64,000 nt of DNA from Kiritimatiellia bacterium (lineage in GTDB: Bacteria; Verrucomicrobiota; Kiritimatiellia; RFP12; UBA1067), in contig JBMNFY010000017.1 of the NCBI GenBank assembly GCA_050949565.1, forward strand, positions 1,504,001 to 1,568,000, written 5' to 3'. This document shows positions 57,714 to 64,000 of this stretch, piece by piece (position 1 is the first letter of the stretch; every line of letters begins with the position of its first letter). The notes under the pieces were generated by a model, which saw only the letters and a list, made by a program, of their open reading frames with translations, had not been told where the DNA came from and did no database searches. Made by a program: the position numbers and the translations under genes.

Positions 57714-60700
57714 ATGGAAGAGATGTGCGTTCGTGTAGCGGTATGGTGGTGCATGGCGAGCATCGCCATGCAGGCGCTGGCCAGCGGTCTGACGGTCGGC
57801 GTGCACAACGGCGCGTACGCACGTGAGAACGGAATTGTCGCCCAGCGCATGACGCGCGAATGGGCGGCGGATGCGGCGGATGCCGGTCTTGTCGAACGGC
57901 ACGCGGACGGGCGTTTCACGCCGGTTCCCTTTGTGCTGGACCGCACAGGCGGGGCACCGGTCTTGGTCTGGCAGATGCCCGGCACCACCGCGCCGAACGC
58001 CGTGCGGCGCTTTGAGTGGCGCACGGGGCAGGCATCACGCGCCGCGCCGGTCAGCGATCTGGTCGTCTCGGTCGACAACACGCGCATCGCAATCGCAAAC
58101 GGATATTTCCGGTTGGCGCATCCGGTCCGTGGAAAAGGCGGCTTCCCGCAGGAGATTGAATATGTCCGTTCAGGGCATGCCGATCCGGAACTCTACTTCC
58201 TTGACCGCATCGTCCGCAAGCAAGCGGACGGACGATTGATGCAGTATTGCGCCAACGTCTGCGAAGATGCGGTCGCGCGCGTGGTACTCGCGAACCCGTT
58301 GCGTGTTGTGGTGGAGGTGCGGACCGGCTTCGGACAGCGCGCCGCCGAGACGCCTGGCCAGCCGCAGGTGGTCTATCGCTACACCTACAGCGCCTACTCT
58401 CCGGTCGTGCAGGTGGAAGCGCGTTACACGCGCACGGATGATGGTCCGTGGCACGAGCTGCACTTTCTCCATCTCTCGCGCAAGGAGGCGCGCTACACAA
58501 GCTTTGTTACCGGGGATGGCGGTGACACGTATCCCTTGCAGCCGAAAGGCGCTCCCAGCCGCGGGGTGGGCGGGCCGCAGTGGGGGGTCATGGCCGATGC
58601 GACGGATGCCTGCGGTGCCGGTTTTGAGGGCGTGGTGTGTTGGGATGCCTCGAACCAGTTCGTGTACTATATTCGCAGCGGTCACATGACTTGGCAAGGC
58701 CCCGAGGCGCGTTTTGAGGGCGGGCTCTACTTTGGACCGGCGGGTGACAAGGCTTGGTACAGCCAATGGCTGGGGCGCGAGCGTGAGCCGGAGGTTTCGC
58801 TCTTTAAGGAGGGCCGTCCCTGGGTAGCGGTCGAGCGCGATCCGCCGGAGGGCGCATACCGCTTGGAAAACGCGGCGCTGCGCGTGGTGTTCGCCGATGC
58901 GGAGCAGGGGTTCGACTGCACAGGTATCGAGAACCTGTTGGTCGATGACACCCGCTTCGTGCGTGCGCGTAGCGGCTCGCCGGGGTTGTGGTCGCTGACC
59001 TTCAAAACGCCTGCGGATGCCGCAGGGCAGCGGGAGACCGCGCTGCTCTCCAACCGCTCTCCCGCCGCACGGTGCAGGGCCGTCGCCAAGCGCCGCCGAC
59101 TTGAGTTTGTGTGGGAGGGCCTCGATCTGCCGGACGAACCGGGTGTAGTTGATGTACGCGCCGAGGTCTCGCTGGACGCGGGCGAAGGCGCGAGCGCGTG
59201 GCGCATCCGCGTGACGAACCGCAGTCGGCGCTTCGGCCTGGAAGAAACCTCATACCCGCTCCTCAGCGAGGTGGTGCCGCCGGGCGTCGGCGACGTGCTG
59301 CTGCCGCGCGGCAACTGGGGCGGACGCTTGATGCCCCGGCATCGCGGTCATTATGCAGCGCCGTACCCGTCGGCACGCTGTCCGCTGCAGATGATGGCTT
59401 TCCAGTTGGGCGAGGCCGGCCTTTACCTTGCCGCACATGACGGAGCCGCGACAACCAAGCGACTGAGCGTCAGCGCCGGACAGGATGCGACGTTCCACAC
59501 GCTGGCCGAACAGGCTGGCGTGCCGGGCGCGGCGGGCGCGCCGGCGTATCCTGTGGTGGTCGCGGCCTATCGCGGCGACTGGTGGCAGGCTGCACGGCGC
59601 TACCGCGATTGGGCCGTACAGCAAACGTGGACCGCCAAGGGACCGATCGCCGAACGCGATGATTTTCCGGCGCGCCTGAAGGAGCTGGGCTTCTGGATGA
59701 TTTCGAGTGGTGCACCGACAGGGGTCACCAACAATATGGCACTGACGGCCCAGCTCTTCCCGAACATGCCGGTCGGCGTCCATTGGTACAACTGGCACCA
59801 GATTCCCTTTGATCACACCTACCCGGAGTACTTCCCGACCAAACCGGGGATGGCCGAGGCGACGCGCGCCATGACCGCGAAGGGGCAGACGGTGATGCCT
59901 TACATCAACGCGCGGTTGTGGGATGAAGAGATCCCGAGCTTCGCGACCGGATTCCCCGCCGCCGCCAAGCAGCCGAGCGGCACCAACTACGTCGAGGTTT
60001 ACGGCTCGAAACGCAAGCTGGTGCCGATGTGTGCCGCGACGCCGTTGTGGCAATCCAAAGTTCAAGAGATTTGCCAGCGCTTGATGGACGAATGCGGCGT
60101 GAATGCGATCTATCTGGATCAGATCGGTGCCGCCCGACCCGCGCCGTGCTACGACCCCGCGCACGGTCACCCGCTGGGCGGCGGCAGCCATTGGGTCACC
60201 GGCTACCGCACGATGCTGACTCCGATCAAGCGCGAGGCGGCACGCCGCAACATTGTGCTGACCACCGAGAACACGGCCGAGCCGTACATGGATACCATCG
60301 ATGCCTACCTGACTTGGAATCCGCGCGAACAGCAGGATGTGCCGCTCCTGCCTGCCGTCTATTCGGGCTACACGGTCTATTTCAGCAGCCCGCAGGCCGC
60401 ACAAGACACGCTGGACGCCTTCTGTGCGGCGCAGGCGCGCGACTTCCTGTGGGGATGCCAACTGGGTTGGAACAGCGAGTGGATCCTGCAACCCCCGCAT
60501 CGCGAAAAGCAGCAGTTCCAGCTTGAACTCTGCCGCTACCGTCTCGCGGCCCGCGCCTTCATGGTGGAGGGACAGCTTGTCGACGAACTGCGTCCGCTCA
60601 ATGAGGTGCCGCTTGTGACGCATCTATGGCACAGGAACAAACCGCATACCGCGTGTTTACCGGCGGTCATGGGTACGCTCTGGCGCGACTTCTCCCGTGA

Positions 60701-60917
60701 ACGCCTTGCGCTCGTGGTCGTCAACACGACCGGCACGGCGCAGACATTTGAGGTCTGTGTCGAGCCGGAACGCTGGTTGGAGAGTCGGGGACCGTGGAAC
60801 CTTTATGACCTGATGCCCTCGGGCAAGCGTCCGCTTCATTTGCCGGAGAACCGACAGGTGCGGTTCGGCGATCTCGCACCGCGTGAAATCCGGATTTTTG
60901 TGATCGCGCCATTGTAA
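57714..60917 (+). CDS. Glycoside hydrolase-like protein (DUF6259-type C-terminal domain)
   Basis: DWWQAARRYRDWA, HWYNWH, YPEYFP, IYLDQIG, TTENTAEPY. Confidence 0.65.
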   Translation: MEEMCVRVAVWWCMASIAMQALASGLTVGVHNGAYARENGIVAQRMTREWAADAADAGLVERHADGRFTPVPFVLDRTGGAPVLVWQMPGTTAPNAVRRFEWRTGQASRAAPVSDLVVSVDNTRIAIANGYFRLAHPVRGKGGFPQEIEYVRSGHADPELYFLDRIVRKQADGRLMQYCANVCEDAVARVVLANPLRVVVEVRTGFGQRAAETPGQPQVVYRYTYSAYSPVVQVEARYTRTDDGPWHELHFLHLSRKEARYTSFVTGDGGDTYPLQPKGAPSRGVGGPQWGVMADATDACGAGFEGVVCWDASNQFVYYIRSGHMTWQGPEARFEGGLYFGPAGDKAWYSQWLGREREPEVSLFKEGRPWVAVERDPPEGAYRLENAALRVVFADAEQGFDCTGIENLLVDDTRFVRARSGSPGLWSLTFKTPADAAGQRETALLSNRSPAARCRAVAKRRRLEFVWEGLDLPDEPGVVDVRAEVSLDAGEGASAWRIRVTNRSRRFGLEETSYPLLSEVVPPGVGDVLLPRGNWGGRLMPRHRGHYAAPYPSARCPLQMMAFQLGEAGLYLAAHDGAATTKRLSVSAGQDATFHTLAEQAGVPGAAGAPAYPVVVAAYRGDWWQAARRYRDWAVQQTWTAKGPIAERDDFPARLKELGFWMISSGAPTGVTNNMALTAQLFPNMPVGVHWYNWHQIPFDHTYPEYFPTKPGMAEATRAMTAKGQTVMPYINARLWDEEIPSFATGFPAAAKQPSGTNYVEVYGSKRKLVPMCAATPLWQSKVQEICQRLMDECGVNAIYLDQIGAARPAPCYDPAHGHPLGGGSHWVTGYRTMLTPIKREAARRNIVLTTENTAEPYMDTIDAYLTWNPREQQDVPLLPAVYSGYTVYFSSPQAAQDTLDAFCAAQARDFLWGCQLGWNSEWILQPPHREKQQFQLELCRYRLAARAFMVEGQLVDELRPLNEVPLVTHLWHRNKPHTACLPAVMGTLWRDFSRERLALVVVNTTGTAQTFEVCVEPERWLESRGPWNLYDLMPSGKRPLHLPENRQVRFGDLAPREIRIFVIAPL

Positions 60918-61005
60918 TCGGTTGGGCATGGCTCAGGAATTTTTTTAACGCAGAGACGCGGAGACGCAGAGGCCCACCTCTTACTTATTACCTCTTACCT
61001 ATTAC

Positions 61006-61288
61006 CCTAAAAAGAGCAGTTGAGCATGCAGATTTTGAGCAAAGCCCCGTAAACATTGGCTTCCGTTGAGATCCGCGCCGCACCTATTTAGTGCAGAACA
61101 CAATTTCTGATTGGAACCACGGAACACACTAAACACACGGAAACAGAGCCATGCCTTTCCGTGTGTTCGGTGTGTTTCGTGGTTAAACAATCGATCCCGA
61201 TAGCGATCCCGATCCCGATTTGGATGAAACCATGAAACCTTGAAACCAGAAACCAAAGAGAGTTGAAGGTTCAACTGCTCTTTTTAGG
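61006..61288 (+). mobile_element. Complete MITE family B, 283 bp, 18-bp TIR, 5-bp TSD
   Basis: ATTAC|CCTAAAAAGAGCAGTTGA...TCAACTGCTCTTTTTAGG|ATTAC. Confidence 0.92.
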
Positions 61289-61359
61289 ATTACTTCCTAT
61301 TCCCCGTTATTCACTATTCGTTATCCGTCGTTCTTTGTATAATGCCCGCCTATAAAGCC

Positions 61360-64000
61360 ATGAAGAAGAAAACCTTTGTTGGGCTGTTGGTGACCGGATG
61401 CATCGCGGCTGTATTGATCTTTGTCGCGTGGCCACGCCGCACGGTGCCTGACGCGACCTCTGACAACGCCGACAAGAGCCTGCCGTCACGACTGGCCGCT
61501 TGTCCACACCCGACACCTGCTACCGATCCGTCGCAACCTGTAACGGTGGAAGAAGCACAGCAGGGCAACGTGACAAACGCGCCAGCCGATGCGCCGGCCG
61601 CCGCATCGGCGCGTCTCGATGAGGCGACGCTCGAACCGCTGCGCCGCGCCTTCGTTGCACCGCGTTTCAGTGAAGACCCTACCCTGCCGCGCGAACGCCA
61701 GACCCTGCTCTCCAACCGTCTGGTCGTTAGTCCCGAGAAACGCTCGATCCCCGATGCCGCATCGGGGCGCCAGAGCCCCACGCCGCGCGGTACCACGCCC
61801 TTTCTCGTGCAGTTCAACACGCCGGTTTCCGACGTCACGCGCAAATTGCTGATCGAAGCCGGTGCGTTAGTACGCGGATTCTTCCCCAACAATGCGATCC
61901 TCGCAGAACTGAGCCCTGCCGCGCTCGCCGCCCTGCAGGAGGTCGCCCAAGTGCAGGGTGCCGCTGAGTTTCTGCCCAGCGACAAGGTGCAGCCCTTCCT
62001 CGCGTCGTTGATCGCCGCATTCCCCAAAGAGCGCACGGTGCGTGTCTCGATCCAGACGCTGGCGCCCGAGGATGCCGCACCGCTTGCCGCTGTTGTGCGC
62101 AAGCTGGGCGGCGAGGTCGAAGCGGCCAGCGCCGGTACGCACTGGGGCATCGTACAGGCCGTGCTGCCGCTCGGTGCGGTCGCCGATCTCACCGCACGCG
62201 GCGAAGTACAATGGATTGAGGAACGTCCCGAAATCCGGCACCGCAACGACAAAGCCGTAGCCGCCGCGCGTCTCCATGCCGTCCCGGCATGGACCACCTG
62301 GGGCCTCACCGGCAAGGGGCAGGTGGTCGGCCATGCCGATACCGGACTCGATACCGGCGACCTCGCCACGATGCATCCCGATTTTGCGGGCCGCATCCGC
62401 GCCTTGATCGCGCGCGGCCGTCCTGATGACCCCTCGGATCCCAACGGCCACGGTACCCACACCGTCGGCACGCTCCTCGGCAACGGTGCTGCGAGCGAGA
62501 GCCAGTTCCGCGGCATCGCCTACGAAGCCGAATTGGTACACCAATCGGTCGTCGACGCCTACGGCTATTTCACGGGCCTGCCGATAGACCTTTGCGAACT
62601 GTACGGCGAAAGCTTTGCGCTGGGCGCCCATATTCACTCCGATAGTTGGGGCGCCAGCACCTACGGCGCCTACGACAACGACTGCCGCTCCACTGACCTC
62701 TTCGCCTGGGATCATCCCGAACATCTGGCGGTCTTTGCAGCCGGCAACGACGGGCGCGACAGCGACAAAGACGGCAAGGTCGACAGCGACAACATCAGCT
62801 CACCGGCCGCAGCCAAGAACGTGCTGACCGTCGGTGCCACCGAAAGCGACCGCCCCGCTGGTAGCGGTGGTTACTCCTCTTATTCGTGGGGCAGCGCCTG
62901 GTATTCGCGCTATCCTGCACTACCGATCAAAAACGACCTGATCTCCTACAGCGCCACACCCACACCGGTGTACCGACAAGGCATGGCCGCCTTCTCCAGC
63001 CGCGGCCCTACCGATGACGGCCGCATCAAGCCCGATGTGGTGGCTCCTGGCACTGATATCATCTCCACCAAATCTTCGGTCGGCCGGAACGTCTGGACCG
63101 CCTACACACCAAACAGCCGCTACTGCTTCGGCGGTGGCACCAGCATGGCGACCCCCTTCGTCGCCGGCATGGCTGCGCTGATGCGCCAGTACGCCACTGA
63201 GCGCGCCGCGATCACCAATCCCTCGGCCGCGCTGCTCAAAGCCATGGTTGTGGGTGGCGCGCGCACGCTAGCCCCCGGACAGTACGGCACCAATACCACC
63301 CAAGAAATCCCCTTCACCTCGCCCAATGCGGTCGAGGGCTGGGGTCAGCCGGATGTCACCGGCACCGTGCACCCCGAGGGCCGGATGATACGCCTGTTCG
63401 ACCGCATCGGGCCGGCGGGCGGCGCCACCAATACCTTCGACGTGACCGTGACGGACGCCGACACACCGCTCGACATCGCCCTGTGCTGGATGGACTATCC
63501 GGCCACCGCAGGCGCGGGAGTCACGCGCGTCAACGACTTGGATCTGCTGGTGATCGCGCCGGACGGCACCCCGCTCTATCCCAACGACGGCAGTGAGCGC
63601 GATAGCCTCAACACGGTCGAAACCGTGCGCGTGCCCGCCGCACAAGCTGGTGTTTACCAGATTCAGGTGATCGGTACGTCCGTTCCTTACAGCGGCGGCG
63701 CGGCCGGTCTTTACGTGCGCGGCGCGATCAAGGCCGCCCCGTTGATCGTCCACACGCCGCTGCCGTCGCAAACGGCTGGTTTCACGCCGTATCCGGTTCT
63801 TTTCCAAGTTCAAAGCGTGGCACCGCTGGCCTCGGACGCAACCCATCTCTTTTGGACCGCCGGCAGCGCCAGTGCCCCGACCGGCGTTTGGCAGCAGACC
63901 GAAGTTGTCTGGCTCAGTAACGCCGTCTATCGCGCCGAAATTCCGGCCATGCCGCCTGAGACGCACGTCCACTACTACCTGCGTGCCGCCCACATGGACG
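61360..64000 (+). CDS. S8 subtilase (KP-43-like), runs off right edge; absent from ORF track
   Basis: ATG 61360, N-terminal TM; in-frame HADTGLD, GHGTHT, FAAGN, GTSMATP, GWG, VNDLDL. Confidence 0.9.
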   Translation, partial: MKKKTFVGLLVTGCIAAVLIFVAWPRRTVPDATSDNADKSLPSRLAACPHPTPATDPSQPVTVEEAQQGNVTNAPADAPAAASARLDEATLEPLRRAFVAPRFSEDPTLPRERQTLLSNRLVVSPEKRSIPDAASGRQSPTPRGTTPFLVQFNTPVSDVTRKLLIEAGALVRGFFPNNAILAELSPAALAALQEVAQVQGAAEFLPSDKVQPFLASLIAAFPKERTVRVSIQTLAPEDAAPLAAVVRKLGGEVEAASAGTHWGIVQAVLPLGAVADLTARGEVQWIEERPEIRHRNDKAVAAARLHAVPAWTTWGLTGKGQVVGHADTGLDTGDLATMHPDFAGRIRALIARGRPDDPSDPNGHGTHTVGTLLGNGAASESQFRGIAYEAELVHQSVVDAYGYFTGLPIDLCELYGESFALGAHIHSDSWGASTYGAYDNDCRSTDLFAWDHPEHLAVFAAGNDGRDSDKDGKVDSDNISSPAAAKNVLTVGATESDRPAGSGGYSSYSWGSAWYSRYPALPIKNDLISYSATPTPVYRQGMAAFSSRGPTDDGRIKPDVVAPGTDIISTKSSVGRNVWTAYTPNSRYCFGGGTSMATPFVAGMAALMRQYATERAAITNPSAALLKAMVVGGARTLAPGQYGTNTTQEIPFTSPNAVEGWGQPDVTGTVHPEGRMIRLFDRIGPAGGATNTFDVTVTDADTPLDIALCWMDYPATAGAGVTRVNDLDLLVIAPDGTPLYPNDGSERDSLNTVETVRVPAAQAGVYQIQVIGTSVPYSGGAAGLYVRGAIKAAPLIVHTPLPSQTAGFTPYPVLFQVQSVAPLASDATHLFWTAGSASAPTGVWQQTEVVWLSNAVYRAEIPAMPPETHVHYYLRAAHMD

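Noticed and set aside
59250-63993. Long antisense ORFs (59250-60623, 61350-62516, 61867-62724, 63268-63993) and similar ones elsewhere
   Set aside because: High-GC shadows of clear genes on the opposite strand

Overview
High-GC bacterial chromosomal window. Gene content and protein style suggest a PVC-superphylum anaerobe, most like Kiritimatiellia (inference). Housekeeping genes (LptF/G permease, nfnAB, mutL, mnmE, tex, SPFH/NfeD, SNF2+SWIM) are mixed with secreted carbohydrate-active and surface proteins (SGNH multidomain, LamG/autotransporter-repeat proteins, GH2, DUF1080+Gfo/Idh/MocA, DUF6259-like, subtilase). It also holds a sigma54 two-component system divergent from a membrane-anchored Hsp20, one complete DDE insertion sequence with 20-bp TIRs and its MITE derivatives, a second MITE family (18-bp TIR, 5-bp TSD), a lower-GC EcoRV-like restriction-modification pair, and a six-gene amidohydrolase/sugar-uptake operon bounded by MITE remnants. 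Most intergenic gaps carry nested short repeats (6-, 7- and 9-mer arrays, REP-like hairpins); some lie inside coding frames and one inverted pair brackets mnmE. Three genes have single-base frameshifts, possibly assembly errors. I saw no rRNA, tRNA, CRISPR array or reverse transcriptase. All family assignments come from motif recognition by eye; no database searches were run.
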